A stretch of 64,000 bases of DNA from Eledone cirrhosa. Its lineage: Eukaryota. Positions 29,072 to 42,977 of the stretch are shown here, piece after piece. The stretch covers positions 20,026,001 through 20,090,000 of the forward strand of contig OZ024747.1 of assembly GCA_964016885.1 (NCBI GenBank). Reading direction: 5' to 3'. Under the pieces are notes generated by a model. The model saw only the letters and a program-made list of their open reading frames with translations, had not been told where the DNA came from and did no database searches. A program made the translations under genes and the position numbers. Positions within the stretch are counted from its first letter, which is position 1, and the number at the start of each line of letters is the position of its first letter.

Positions 29072-30036
29072 ACCTTTCACAATGATCCTGTCTAACACAC
29101 TCCACTCAAAAGTATTGCTCAAATCTTGGCTATAATAGGCGACAATTGTTGAGTAGACATTGAAGGTTCGTTAAATCAGAACTACGTGGTTGGGGAAGAA
29201 AACTCTTACCCACACATCCGTGTCTCTCAAAATTCTTGATATATCTACGGAAAAAACATTTATCATTTCATAACATAAAATGTCACGTCGTCAAACTGTT
29301 CATATTTCAACTATTTGAGTGGCTTCAAACTTGTATATAAGTAAAAAGAAAGAAAAATATGCAGATTCGATCAATTGCATTTTATTAATGTAGCAATAGT
29401 GTTTAACACGTACATCTAAGATGTGGTGGAAATAAAAAAAAATGTAATGAATATACATCTCCTCTCGCCTGTTATAATTTGCTTCATTCATTTCCTGTAA
29501 TCACTTCCAATAACAATTTCCGGCTAAGGTAAACACGTAAAGTCAATTTGAATTATGTTCCAGGGAATGTAGATAGGTGAGAATTTTGACGTATATTGGC
29601 GTATTGAATAGGAATACCTGTGCCTGATTATTTATTCTACAACATTACACATATATTTAATATATTTTGTATGTCTTTTTTATTGCACGGAATTCGTGTG
29701 TTTACGTATGTATGCATAAAATATTAAAGTATGCACTAAACTGCCCCCATATACGACAAATATATACACAATCGGTTAACTCCACAGTTTTTGCTTACCG
29801 ATATGTATTTGTATATAAAATGCAAGAAAAAAATATTGGAAATGAGGGAAAGTGGAATATGGATACATACATTCAAACACACAAACATATTCCTATATAT
29901 ATATATATATAGTAATAATAATAAATGTGAAGACTAAAATAGTGCAAATATTTATTAAAATGACAGATTAAAGTTTTAGAAGATCCAGTTAAGGGTGAAA
30001 GCAGCGATTCTTTGCTTGAACTTTAATCTGTTATTG

Positions 30037-30071
<35 letters not shown>

Positions 30072-30169
30072 TTTTGAGTTTATGTTGGTTGTATACCAAC
30101 ACCTCAGTATGCAGGCTGGAGCACTCGACGAAGTGCGCAGGTTGGTTTGGTTACTCCGGAGTATTGTAA

Positions 30170-31738
30170 AATAAAGTTAAATAAAAGTCAAATGATTAAA
30201 ATTTAGCTTCGTTTATTACTGCTATATATATATTTCAGTGACAGCCATCTTTGGCTGTGACCTCTTCAGGCAGTTTGAATTAGTATGGTATAGACAAGTA
30301 CATATGTTGTTTAGGTGTATAATATTGTCAATACTCTGATATGCCCAGTTCCTTGTTTGGTTGTTAATTCACTGAGGAACTGGAGTCATATGAATTCAAA
30401 CAAACGAATTTCAGTGTCAAAGGTCCCCTTCTCCTCTCATTGGTCAGTTATTAGAACATTCCTCATTCTAAGTGTTGTTATTGTTGGAGTTAGCTTAAAA
30501 ATTGATAAAATGGTAGAGGGGACAAGGTGTTAAAGGAACAAAATAACAAGACAAGTGTCAAACTTCCCATTGGTCAGTTCTGAGAGCATTCCTCAGTCAG
30601 AAGTCTATAGAATTCTTTCTGGGGTGAGGCTCCCTGTAGTGTTTTTGCCTGCTATTGTTCAGTAAATTTGACCTCCACCATTATTTTGGTACTGTTGTTG
30701 GTGTAGTGGTCAGCTTATATCTTGCTGCTGCTAACAATTTAGAAGTATCCAGTTTGTGTGTTTTCTTCTTCCCTCCTGCCACCATCGTAGTGGTGGTGGT
30801 GGTGGGAGGGGGGTTCTTCCATGTATATGAAGAAATATAAGACAATAAATGAAGAAAACAGAAAATAAATAAATAATATAATAAAATAATTAATATAATT
30901 TGTGTAATTTGAAAATAAATAAATAAATAGAGAATAAAGAATAAAGAATAAATGAGAGATTGGTGAAAAAGTAATGAAAATGAATATCGAGAAGTGAGAA
31001 ATAATTGTTTCTACTTTAGGCACAAGGCCAGTAATTATCCAGTGCATTACTGGTACTTTATTTTATCGACCCCGTAAGGATGAAAGGCAAAGTCAACCTC
31101 GGCGGGATTTGAACTCAGATCGTAAAGGGACGTAACTATGCTGGAGAAGTGAGAAATAATGTAGGATAAAGTGTGTCTGTGTGCTATAACCAATCTCATG
31201 GTCAGAATATGTTGGATAGATTGGTATGAGACAAGATTTTAAGATGAGATATTCAAACTAAATGTGTTTGTGTTATAATCCATCTCAACTTAAAATAAAT
31301 ATAAGGTGATACAGTGAAGAGGGCAGAAAACAAATAACAAATTAATAAAGAGAAATCAAGATTTAAGATTGGAACTTGAAAGTCAGAAATCTGGTAAATT
31401 AAAAGTGTTTGTATTATAGATGTTGGCCAAATTATTATGGCTGTGTCCGATTCTATCACTAGGCTATCATGGTGTTTGAATATCTCATCTGAGATATTCA
31501 AACACCATGTTTGTTTGAATTCATATGACTCCAGTTCCTCAGTGAATTAACAACCAAACAAGGAACTGGGCATATTAGAGTATTGACAATATTATACACC
31601 TAAACAACATATGTACTTGTCTATACCATACTAATTCAAACTGCCTGAAGAGGTCACCGCCAAAGATGGCTGTCACTGAAATATATATAGCAGTAATAAA
31701 CGAAGCTAAATTTTAATCATTTGACTTTTATTTAACTT

Positions 31739-31745
<7 letters not shown>
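30170..31745. mobile_element. 1.6-kb non-coding element with ~235-bp terminal inverted repeats, each holding an intact HHR (30218-30274 minus, 31640-31694 plus)
   Basis: ACTGC-CTGAAGA-[GGTCACAGCCA aaga TGGCTGTCACT]-GAAA-TATATA-TA-GCAGT; internal SINE with 17-bp TSD GAGAAGTGAGAAATAAT (30989-31005 and 31144-31160). Confidence 0.85.
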
Positions 31746-31786
<41 letters not shown>

Positions 31787-33437
31787 GTGTGTGTGTGTGT
31801 GTGTGTGTATATGTATATGTGTGTGTATGTATATATATATATCCAGAAAGAGAGAAAAGGAAGAGGTACTGGAAGAAATTCGGATACAAGTACAGTAAAA
31901 GCGAAAGAGGCAGACAGACTGACAGGCAGGCAGATTGAATTGAATAATTATGAATAATTGTTTCTACTTTAGGCACAAGGCCAGCAATTACCCAGTACAT
32001 TACTGGTACTTTATTTTATCGACCCTGTAAGGATGAAAGGCAAAGTTAACCTCGGCGGGATTTGAACTCAGACTGTAAAGGGGCGTAACTATGCTAGAAA
32101 GCATGGCGTCCAACCCTCTACCGATACTGCCAATTCACATTCTTATATTTATCTGTCAAGACTGATCATATTTCAGAAGGAGCTAATCACAATAGAAACT
32201 CACTTAAAGGATGTAAGACGTCAGTTTGAATGGCTCCACTAAATCACTTGAGATAACAAAAAAAATCTATCTAGAATGAATTATTAATTATGTTCATAGT
32301 AGCGTACGTCTTATTTTATATGTGAAAAAAATATTTCTCCATTATTACAAGTATTTATTTTTCGATTAGTTTAATGCGAATTTCTACATCAACATCAGTT
32401 GTATTTTTGTGTTGTGTTCCTGGAGTGTGTGCAGCATTGTATGTTTTAGGTTGGCCTGATGTCATTGAGTTATAATTGCTTATGAAGTTTGGGAGTTGCT
32501 CATATACTAGACCAACGTCTATAAAGAGAAAACTTTAAGACATTCAAAACACATCTGTTTTGACTTCCCCTCTCATCGTACCTCATCTCATCTACCAACG
32601 TCACCTATCTGTACTTTAGAATAGCTTATAGTCTCCTCCGCCTTCTCCATCTTAAACCGTATCTCTTCAAAAGTTCATTCCTTGCATTTTTTGCTTTCTT
32701 AGTTTCGAACCCTTAACCTCTCTCTGCAGCCTGGCACCAACGTAGCTTTTTAATATATTTTAATATCAAACCAGCACCGGAGCTCCCGAAACCGTTGCAA
32801 CACTTACCCATACTACTACGTGTATTTAAAACACTAACCATTTCGCCTGTACCAATATAAATACCACTTATTAACTGTAAAATGACTTTACTGTGGTCTC
32901 AGATACATTGCAGAAACTAGTTGCAGGTTATCAGATGATCGTGAGGGCGGGAGGCTCTTCTCTATTCTCTTTCACGTGTTCCATCAGTATTCCTTGGCAT
33001 TAGTAGCCTATGCTATTTTTGTACATGTTCCAATACTATCTCGATCAAAAGACTCTCTTTTCAGTTTGAATTTTTATTTGAAATTTATTTCGTTGTTTGT
33101 AAAGTTTAATATATTTTAAAAACATTTCGTTAAATAACTATCATCCTATTCTATTTCTCTGTTTCATATGTTTCATATGTTTAACGTGTTGTTCTCTATG
33201 GGCCTGCACACATCTCTTCCAGAGGATAGAACATTTCTCCTCCTAACCTCTGGAATACTGTTCATACCGTCAGCCTGATGGGTAATGTGCTAAGATGAAA
33301 AAGGAAAGAATATTAGTGAATATATATTTCAAAATATTGTATAAAGTTTATGTATCGGTCAAATGTTAAATTGCTTCTTAAAATAATAGAATTTAGGATT
33401 ACTAATGAGGTCAGAAACTGTTTTACAAACCTCAGAT

Positions 33438-33552
33438 TCTCTTCTTCTTCTTCTTCTTCTTCTTCTTCTTCTTCTTCTTCTTCTTCTTCTTCTTCTTCTT
33501 CTTCTTCTTCTTCTTCTTCTTCTTCTTCTTCTTCTTCTTCTTCTTCTTCTTC
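33438..33552 (+). repeat. (TCT)n microsatellite
   Basis: Pure trinucleotide run. Confidence 0.95.
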
Positions 33553-35167
33553 TATTATGTAAGTTGTTGTTAATTATATTTGAATTGCAACTCCTACTTC
33601 ACTAAATTTCTGTCATATTTTATTTTATTGAATCTTGAATTCACACACACACACACACACATGCATATATATATGTATATATCCTTTTCGTCTTCTTCAA
33701 AATTCATTTCTAATGCATGCCTGTAGGTCTGTGGTTTTCGATAAACGCAGGGGACAGTTAAATATTTATGGAATATGATGTTAAAAGTGTAATATCTAAC
33801 ATAACATAAAAAATGAAAACCTACGAAATTAATGAATTTAAACCAAGACTCCTTTGTCATAATATTCTATCTAAATAAAACAATCTTCAATGTATTAAAT
33901 AAAAAAAATATTATTATAAGAATCAGAGAAAAAATAACTGAAAGAAAGTAATACTATTTTATTAGTTTCAAATGATAATTTTTCTTTTTGGTTATTTAAT
34001 TGAGATAAAAAGAAAATGAAGTGTATTCACCTGAGAGTTAAAAATTCACTGCAGACGTTAATAGTGTCGCTCAATAATATCATAATTAGTTCTACTAAGA
34101 CGTACAGTTTTGTGATTTGATCACAATAGTTACTTCTACAGAGAAAATTAAGAAATCTGTTTATTGTACGTTCATTTCTTCAATTTTTATATTTCGTTTT
34201 TAATTATACATAATTCCCGATAGCATTATACTTTAACTTTATGGCAACCTTATTGGCAACAAATATACTAAATATAATATGGTTTCCCTCATGCCCATCA
34301 TGTAATGCAAGGTCAACTTCACTCAGCGGGGCATTCATTTTCACAGAATATCGTATAATTTGGTTGAACTTTGGCTACTATGTCTAACAAATTAAGCGAC
34401 CATATATTGAAGACGTAGTTAAGTTACTATATCTAGTACATATTTATGTCTTCGTGACTTTCTATTTAGAATCATAGAGTTTCCGAAGACTACCTTTATA
34501 CTGTACAACTTCCAGATATCCCTGTCCCAGTCATACGGAACATTCTCGCCACATTCTCGCCACCTTTTAGCAAATGTACAGGGGGCAGCACTTCTCTCTC
34601 TACTCTCATCTTTCTTTCCATGAGAAACTTGAAAACGTTAATGAGAGTTTGGCCAAAGAGAAAAGTGCTTTTACGGTTGGCTTTGTGGCAATTAAAAGAA
34701 CACATTTTTTTTCGCTCTACCATAGTGGATACGTAAATCCATTCGCGAGTGAATAATAATAATAATGATGATGATAATAATAATAATAATATTAATAATA
34801 ATGCTTTCTTTATTAACCACAACGGTTTACATAAAGTAGACATTAAGGACAGTACAGGAAAATACAGGACGGTACAAATGAGCATTTCTGCGTGTAAAAA
34901 AAATAAAAACAGGATGTAACAAAAATAACAATGAAAAATTCCCCAATAGGGGGGAGACCTCCGGGGGACATTTGTGGAGAAAGCCCATTAAAAGGCCACA
35001 GTGACCCTCACCACCAGGGCAAGTGCCCTCTCCCAGTTTTCCACATTTAATTTACAGTCACATACTCAGAGTAGGCCCATTCACTCGGGCCATACTTGCT
35101 TCTCTCACCCATCTTTCAACAAAATGCTGGGAAGAGAGCACTTCCCTCTCTACCCTGATTTTCCTTT

Positions 35168-38100
35168 TCAAATGAAATTTGAATAGTTAATCAGCGCATG
35201 ACCGAAGAGGTAAGAGCTCGTCTTCAGCCCTTTCAAACGTGTCCACCATACTATCTCTTTCGCCATGGCCACCAGACAGATAAAAACTGCCTGCCTTTCC
35301 CGGCTAAAGGAAGAGGGCGGGGCAATCCTCACGATGGACTCAGCTGATAGCTGGATCCGTCCTACACGTGACGGCAGGTGCTCGACATAAACCCACAAAT
35401 CAGCAATGCTCGGACACTGGACGAATGCGTGCAGGACAGTTTCGTCGCCCTGCGCGCATCTCGGACATGCCCGTTGAACGGCACCTCCATGCCTGGAAAG
35501 TTTATCCCGAACTGGCAACGCTCCTCGGTAGCACTGCCAGGCCAGGGATTTCTGGAAGTTGTCCATAGGCCCCGGCCCGAAAGTCCTTCTGAAGAGATTG
35601 GCTAGTTGATTTTCGTCGACGCCTAGAATTTCTCCAAGTACGTCGTCGCTCTTCCCCTCCACTAATATTCTATAGAACGCCAAGGTGGAGTTTCCACCGA
35701 TCACATTGCCCGGTTGGCCGAAGGCTGTGAGCGCCTGAAGACATTCCATCCAGTCTCCAAGCGCTCCCTCTCGTTCTTCGCTTGACCCAGGACTGCAGCT
35801 CCGTCAAGGAGACGAGCTGGGGAAAGACGTGTCTAGCAAACGGCGACCACACCTGATCACCGTCGAGGAAGAGGTGGAGATGTCGTAGCCTGAGCGTGTG
35901 ACTGCGCATCATCAGCCACGGCATTCCCAGCCCACCACGCAGCGGGTGTTGACAGCAGATGGACCGCCTGACCATCGGAGCTCGTCCCTTCCACAGAAAG
36001 CGAAAGAGCAAACGCTCCAGCTCAGTCAGGCGGTAGTAGATGACGGACGCGATATACGCGTTAGCCACCTCCGCTCGACCTTTCAGGGATAGCTTCCTCT
36101 CGGCCCATTTCTGGGTGAGAGAAGCCACTCTGCTCGTCACCTCGTCGCAGTTTTTGTCCGTCTATAGGTCCGGACCGAACCAGACCCCTAGCAATTTAAC
36201 CGGTCCGTCCGTCCAGCGCCCGACGACGCTGTTGGACGGCATGGACCTGCCTCTCCAGGTGCCGAGCTGCAGGCCCACTGACTTTTCCTGGTTGATCTTT
36301 GCTCCTGTCACCGCTTCGTATTCTCTTAGTGTAGTGCCAATCGCCTCGATGTGTTTGGCGTTCGACACCACTACGGTGACATCGTCCGCATATGCTGACA
36401 CGGATCTTCCGCATCCTAGTTCGCGCGGGTTCCCCTCAACTTCTCCAGTTTGTGCAGTAATGGCTCGAGACTCAATACGTACAAGAGGGACGAGAGGGGA
36501 CATCCTTGGCGGACCGAGGGCATGATGTTGAACGGTTCCGAAAGGTGACCGTTCACTCTCACCACAGAGCAGATGTCGCTGTGCATGGCAGCGATCCAGC
36601 CTCTGAAGACGGGTCCAAAGCCAGCCGCCCTCAGGACTGCCGCTAGGTAACGATGGTCGATCCTATCGAAAGCTTTCGACTGATCTAAATTGATGAAGGA
36701 CCCACCCGTGCCAGGTTCCCTAGCTACCCTCTCTACGATGTATCGCATGAGGTGGTGGTTGTCGTGGATGGATCTGTCGGGAATGGTGCATGTCTGCGCC
36801 TCTCCCGCCAGACCACCAACGACAAGCGCCAACCTCTTTGCTAGCACCTTGGCCAAAATCTTGAACTCTGTGTTTAGCAGAGTTATGGGCCTAAAATTAT
36901 CTATGGTATCCCCCTTGTTCGGATCCTTTCTCAGCAGCGCCACAGCTCCTCGGCTCACAGAGCTGGGATTTCTCCCGTTCTGTTGCAAGTTGCAGTAGAC
37001 GTCTGCCAAGAGGCCTCCGAACAAGTCTGGCATCTGTACGTAATGTTCATAGGGCAGACCATCCAAACCAGGCGATTTACCCCTTGTGCAGCTAGTCATT
37101 GCCTCCCGTACTTCAGCAGCTGTTATCGGCTTTTCGCAACACTCCGCCTCAGTGGCCGAGAGCCGCGGCAGTCCGTCGAGGTAGACACTAAATTTCATCC
37201 CTCGATCCGGCCCGCCGCTGCCCCCGAACAGCTGGGAGAAGTGTCGCTGGAAAGCTTCACACATTTGCCCGGGATCGAGTAGCATGCGCCCGTCGTGGTC
37301 CACCAAAGACCGGATCGTGGCTTTGTTGCCTCGACGCGCCTCCGCCACTCGGGCCCATAGAATGGCTTTCTTCCCCTCGTGTCTGAGAGCACGCACCCTA
37401 GCTTTGACAACACAGCCTTCGTGCTTTGCATTGAAGAATTGGTCAAGGGCCAATTTCGCCGCAAGTACGTCGATGGCGATGCCTTTGCTAAGTGCTTCGT
37501 CTAATGTTCTAACTAGTTCTCCCTCTGCTCTATTGTTCTCTATTGCTAAAGCCTTACTAAACGTAATGGACTCTATTCTAATCGCTCTTTTCAGAGCAAA
37601 CCACCACTTGTTGTTGGTGATGGCCCCCGTCAACGCCCGCTTAACTAGTTCGCTAATCCGGTCTCTGTAGGCCTTCCGCGCTGGTGAGGGCGCGTTTAGC
37701 TTCCAGTAGCCGGGTTCTGGTCTATGAAGCCTATCTAATTCAAGCACACAGATCACGAATTTGTGGTCCGTGTAGCTGACTATCTTGAATTGTGGACAGC
37801 CTATGCTAGACCTTCTATTTCCCTACATAATAGTTCTATCTAGATATGTTCTGGATGACCCTATGCGGTTTGTCCAAGTTCACATTGGCACATTCGGGAA
37901 ATCTAATCGGTAGCTGTCAGACAGTTCAAAACGCCTGAGCAGGTTGGTGAGGCTCTTGCACCCTTCTCTCCTATCCGCTAAACCCACACAGTCCCAGCGT
38001 GCATTTAAGATCCCGTTCCAGTCGCCCACTAACACTAAAGAGCGGGACGTTCCAAGAAAGGTCTCCAGACACCGGAAGAAATCAGGCCGGCCTGCTCCTG

Positions 38101-38443
38101 TCGGGGCATAGACGGCCACTAGCTTGAAAGCTTGCCCGTCTCCGCTGGTCACGCCCAGCACCACCAACTTACCTTCTGGGTCAAGGAAGATGGCCCGTAT
38201 AGCGAGATCCAAACCTCTCCGAAAAAGCACAACAACTCCTCCCACCGATCCAGGACGGCTGGGAGATGCGTACACATCGTAGCCGCCGAAGATCGGTGCG
38301 AAGGCCCGTGCTTCGGAGATTCTGGCCTCGCTGATGGCCACTACATCTATGTTTAGTGACCTGAGGTCGTTGAGCAGGTGACCCTGCTTCCATGACGACC
38401 CCAAGCCACGCGCATTTATGCTGCCTATTCTGAGTGAGGTCAT
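35168..38443 (-). pseudogene. Tx1-type ORF2 (AP endonuclease, reverse transcriptase, zf-RVT), broken into 5 ORFs
   Basis: APE: SINARGL, ISE, VYAP, GDWN; RT: KSPGLDG, NFRPITLLN, LDQSKAFDR, RQGCPLS, YADD; C-terminal CPRC..ETVLHAFVQC. Confidence 0.92.
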
Positions 38444-38477
38444 GTTGAAATGGAGTGGAAAAGATGGGAAAGACTAC

Positions 38478-40463
38478 TTACCTTACTTGTCGTAGAGGAA
38501 GGATGGTTCCTCCATCCCTTTTGACTTGATCGTCTGGTGAAGGGAACGTTGAATCGTCCCTTCGGCTGGTCGTCGGCTCTTCTATGAGTATGTCCGAATA
38601 TACTCTCCGGTTGAGAGTCCCTCCTAGGTCTCTGAAATCACCAACTGTGTTGGGGAATTTCGTTTTAATGTTTGTGTATTGTTTCTGTGCTATTTTTACC
38701 AGTCTTATGTACGTTGGCGTTTTGATTGGTGCTGGTATTATGTAGTCGTGCTGTGAAATGTCTGTGTGTTCAATTATGTAAGTCATTAGTTTCTTGTTGT
38801 GTGTATTTATTGCCGTGCATTTGTTTTTCTGGGGGTGGGGTGTGGTTCTGCTAATTTCTTGTCGTTGTTGCTGGGTGTGTGTGTTTTGTTTTTGTGTTTC
38901 TCATGTTGGTGCTTGTGGTGATGGTGTTGAATCTGTTGTTGTTGTTGGCGGTGGGGTTGTAGCCGGTGGTAATGGTGGTGCTAGTGTGGGTGGTGATGAT
39001 GTTGGTGGTGTTGCTGCTGTGAGTCTCTTTGCAGTAGCCTTTACCCTTTTTTCATTTCTTTCTTCCCTTTTCGAAGGCGACGATGCGCTGCTTCTGCGTT
39101 TGTGCCTTCTTAGGACCTTTTGCCATCCCTCTCCCACCTCACACTCAATGTCTGATTATGTGAGGTCGGGGAGGGGTACCAGCTCCACTCTTTCACTTGT
39201 TGTTGTTGGTGATGTTTGCAGTGGAGTCTCTGTTGCAGCTGCATTTGGTATTACTGTTGTTGTTGTTAATACTTCCACTGCTGCTGCTGTTGTTGATTTC
39301 CGTGACGTGGGTATGGGTGCCACGGACCTATCGTTCCTGGTTGCCGCTTGTCCTGTTGCTGGTAGCCGTGGAGCTGGTTTCGGAAGGATGGGGATTTTCT
39401 CCTTTCTGAGGGTCTTCTCGTTGCAGAAGGCCCTGAGGTGAGTCTTCGATCCTGAGCGAAAGCATTTCGGGCGTTTGCCCTCAACACTTATGGGCAGTTG
39501 AGTGCCATTATTGAAGTCTTTCACATCCAGGATAGCTTCGATGCACTCCTGGTTGGTTTGGATTAACATCTCAATGGAGGTGCCGACCCAATCTTCTCTT
39601 ACTTTTTTTCTGTACTTGCAGTACAGTTGTTTTGTCCTCGATTCCGACGAGGACAGACGCGGCCAGCCAAGAAAGGGCCATCCAGGGGCGGGGGGACGTG
39701 GGTCAGTTTGAACCTCACAATTTTTTGCCTGCAGTAGGAGGGCACCAACACCATTTCCTCGCTCCTTAGGGTCACTAAGGATTGAGCCTTTGCCTCCTGG
39801 GGTGTGGCAATAAGCACGTCTACGGTGGCATATTTCTTGCCTCGGGTGATATGCGTTTTCCGCTGCCACACAGACCCTAAGGCTTTTTGTATTTGAGCCT
39901 CTGTGGCTCTTTCAACCCTACGGGATTTTGTGCTTACTGTACGGTACGTGACCGTACAGTGCAGTTGGGTTTCGAAAAATTTTTCGGCTGCCTTGCAGAT
40001 TGCTCGGTGTGTTATTTTCACACCATCTTCTTCGCTTCCTGTAATTCCTCATTTGTTATGAGGATGGTTTCCAGGTTCTTTGCGATACCTGCAAATGAGA
40101 TTGGTTTTTCTTTGCTGCTGTTGTTGTTGTTGTCGTGGTCGTCAGACTGCTATTACTTTTGTTGTTGCTGCAGGTACTACGACTACTGCCGCTGTTGCTG
40201 TGGTTGTTGTTGCTGTTGCTGCTGCTGTTGTTGTTGTTGCTGTTGCTGCTAATGCTGTTGTTGTTTATGCTGATGCTGTTGCGGGTGCTATTGTTGTTTT
40301 CCTTGTCACTGTTGCTGCTGCTGCTGCTGTTATTACGGCTGCTACTGCTATTATTCATGACGTCAGACGAATGAAATGGGTTTTCGTATTTCCCGCACAC
40401 CTTTTTCGTCGTTTTCGTCTTCGTCGTGGAGAAATGTTGCACGCTTTGCATGTGATTTTTCAT
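38478..40463 (-). pseudogene. Tx1-type ORF1 (gag-like), frameshifted
   Basis: ORF pieces 40056-40463, 39599-40021, 39156-39869, 38901-39137 and 38478-38786 directly upstream of APE; degenerate zinc knuckle CFRSGSKTHLRAFC; low-complexity N/S and T/P tracts. Confidence 0.7.
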
Positions 40464-40853
40464 TACTGGCGTCGCTTGCGAAAGAGAAGGGAGAGAGACA
40501 CATTTAGAGAAGGGAGGGAGAGAGACAATCTTCTCTCTGCTGTAGTGACGATTGAGGAAGAAGAAGACGGAATGAGTGGGAGTGACCTATGAAAATTCTT
40601 TTCCGTAGCCATGTTTTTTTTTGTTTAAAATAAATATTGGCCACAAAACCACAATTAGCGGTTATTTAACCCCGAAGGGCCAAGTAACGGGCAGAAAGAC
40701 CCTTCTCACGAGGAGGAGGGTGTTTTTGTCTACAATTTGGTTAAAGTTTTAAACAATTTACAATTGTTATAGCAGTCAAAATTTACAATAACTTACAGAG
40801 CCGAGCCTCCGTCAACCATAGCATTCAATAATAATAATAATAATAATAATAAT

Positions 40854-41321
40854 AGAAAACGATCAGGTGAAGGTGCTGTGGGGTTTTAGGATCCAGGCGG
40901 ACAAAAAACTGGAACACAATAGACCTGACCTTGTGGTTGTGGACAAAGAAAAAAGATCGTGCCTGATTGTGGATGTGGCCTGCCCATTCGACACGAGAGT
41001 GCAAGAGAAGGAGAGGGAGAAAATTAACCGATACCAGGACTTAAAGTGGGAGGTAAAAAGGATTTGGAACTGCCATGAAGTCAAAGTGATCCCGATTGTC
41101 ATAGGCGCACTAGGGACTATCTCAAAAAGTTTCCAGGGATGGTTAAAGAAAATTGGCCCCTTCACGCTTTTTGGAATGCTTCAAAAGGCATGCTTGCTGG
41201 GAACAGCAAGAACCCTCCGATACGTTCAGAATATCTGAGGCTGCAGGTAGTGGCTTGATATTAATCTCAACAAACTTTCCAGTTAACTAACATCAATGAC
41301 TGAGACTCAAAGAGTAATAAC

Positions 41322-41363
<42 letters not shown>

Positions 41364-41376
41364 CATAATAATAATT
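40854..41376 (+). mobile_element. 5'-truncated Dong/R4-type LINE copy (RLE domain, 3' UTR, (TAA)n tail)
   Basis: Near-identical to 46007-46470; NRPDLVVVDK...IVDVACPFD...KYQDL-like motif (RYQDLK). Confidence 0.9.
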
Positions 41377-41797
41377 TGGGAAGAAGACACACATGGTGGA
41401 TAGAAGGCCGAGAAATCGCTCCCGTAAGTTATGATTTTTTAACATATTTAAATCAATTGTGAAATAACAATTCTTAGTACAAATGTTGCATAAAACATCC
41501 GGCTTGAGTCCCAAAAAATTCGGATCCATAATATATTGTTATATCGCTCAAATATTCAATTTTGTATTATACATTTTATATTCAAAAAAGAAAATGGTTA
41601 TAAATGGAAGAAAACCCCTCTGTCTACACTATATAGAACAGCCAAATAACAGCAATTTCACCAACATCAGAAACTAGATACACCACCTACCCCATCACCC
41701 TCTGTGTACACTAAACACAACAGCCAGATAACGGCAATTTCACCGCCACCACCACCAATCTCAGCATAATAATAATAATTACTATTACTATTGCCTC

Positions 41798-42680
41798 AAG
41801 TTTTAGTTTTAACAAAATGTTTAATTCCAATATTAAGGAAAATATGTCAACACATATACGCGACTAATGATAATTTCACTAAAGATAATTTCACCACCAA
41901 TACCACCACCACTACCACAATGAAAACTCTGATCAAGTCGACTCAAATTTCTACTCCAACTTCAACACCATCACTACACTAATACAACCACATCACCACC
42001 ACCACTGCCTCATTATCGCTACCGCCGCTACTCTCTCCCACTACCTCCTGCTAGTTGCTGCTGGCACAGCACCGCCACCACCACCGCCGCTGCTGCCTCA
42101 ATATCACTACCGCCGCTATTCTCTCCCGCTACCCCCTGTTACTTTGTAGAATTCTCACTAAAAGAGGAAAACATCAAAATATATAAATAGACTGAATTGA
42201 TGACCCGGTCAAAATAAAAAAAATAAAAATAAAAATAAAGTTTTAGTTTTAACAAAATGTTTAATTCCAATATTAAGAAAAATATGTCAACACATATACG
42301 CGACTAATGATAATTTCACTAAAGATAATTTCACCACCAGTGCCACAACCACTGCCACGATGAAAACTCTGGTCAAGTCGACTCAAATTTCTACTCCAAC
42401 TTCAACACCGTCACTACAGTAATACGACCACATCGCCACCGCCGCTGCCTCATTATCGCTACCGCCGGTATTCTCTCCCACTACCTCCTGCTAGTTGCTG
42501 CTGGCACAGCACCGCCATCGCCGCCGCCACCGCTGCCTCATTGTCACTACCGCCGCTATTCTCTCCCGCTAGCCCCCGCTACATTGTAGAATTCTCACTA
42601 AAAGAGGAAGGCATCAAAATATATAAATAGACTGAATTGATGACCCGGTCGAAATAAAAAAAAACAAAAATAAAAATCAA
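41798..42680 (+). repeat. Tandem duplication, two copies of ~440 bp
   Basis: AAGTTTTAGTTTTAACAAAATG... starts at 41798 and 42238; each unit has (CCA/CCG)-rich sub-repeats. Confidence 0.9.
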
Positions 42681-42977
42681 AGCAGCACAGCAACAACGAA
42701 AAACGTAAAGGAAATAAAAATGAAGAGAAAAACAAAGGGACGGCCAGAGAAGGGAAGGGAAAAACTAAGTCAGACATTCAAACACTACATTACAATGAAA
42801 CTTATGCTTATTCATTTTGGGGTTTTTTCTGCCTGTTTGTTTGTTTGTTTATTGGGTTCGTCTACAGCGTGATAATGCGACACAAAAGTCACGTGGAGTG
42901 ACGAAACCACCGGAGACAAGTAATTCACCGGTAGTTATGTAACCATACATTCGCCAATCCTCGATAAGAGTGTTTAA

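Larger units (their letters stand above)
34752..40826 (-). mobile_element. Near full-length, frameshifted Tx1/L1-group non-LTR retrotransposon
   Basis: ORF1 and APE-RT-zinc finger ORF2 pieces; AATAAA followed by (ATT)n tail at 34752-34802; (AAT)n beyond the 5' end. Confidence 0.9.

Noticed and set aside
32480-33070. Possible decayed LINE RT fragment on the minus strand
   Set aside because: No diagnostic motif recoverable by eye
38794-40592. Plus-strand hydrophobic ORFs of 121-215 aa
   Set aside because: Antisense shadows of low-complexity Tx1 ORF1
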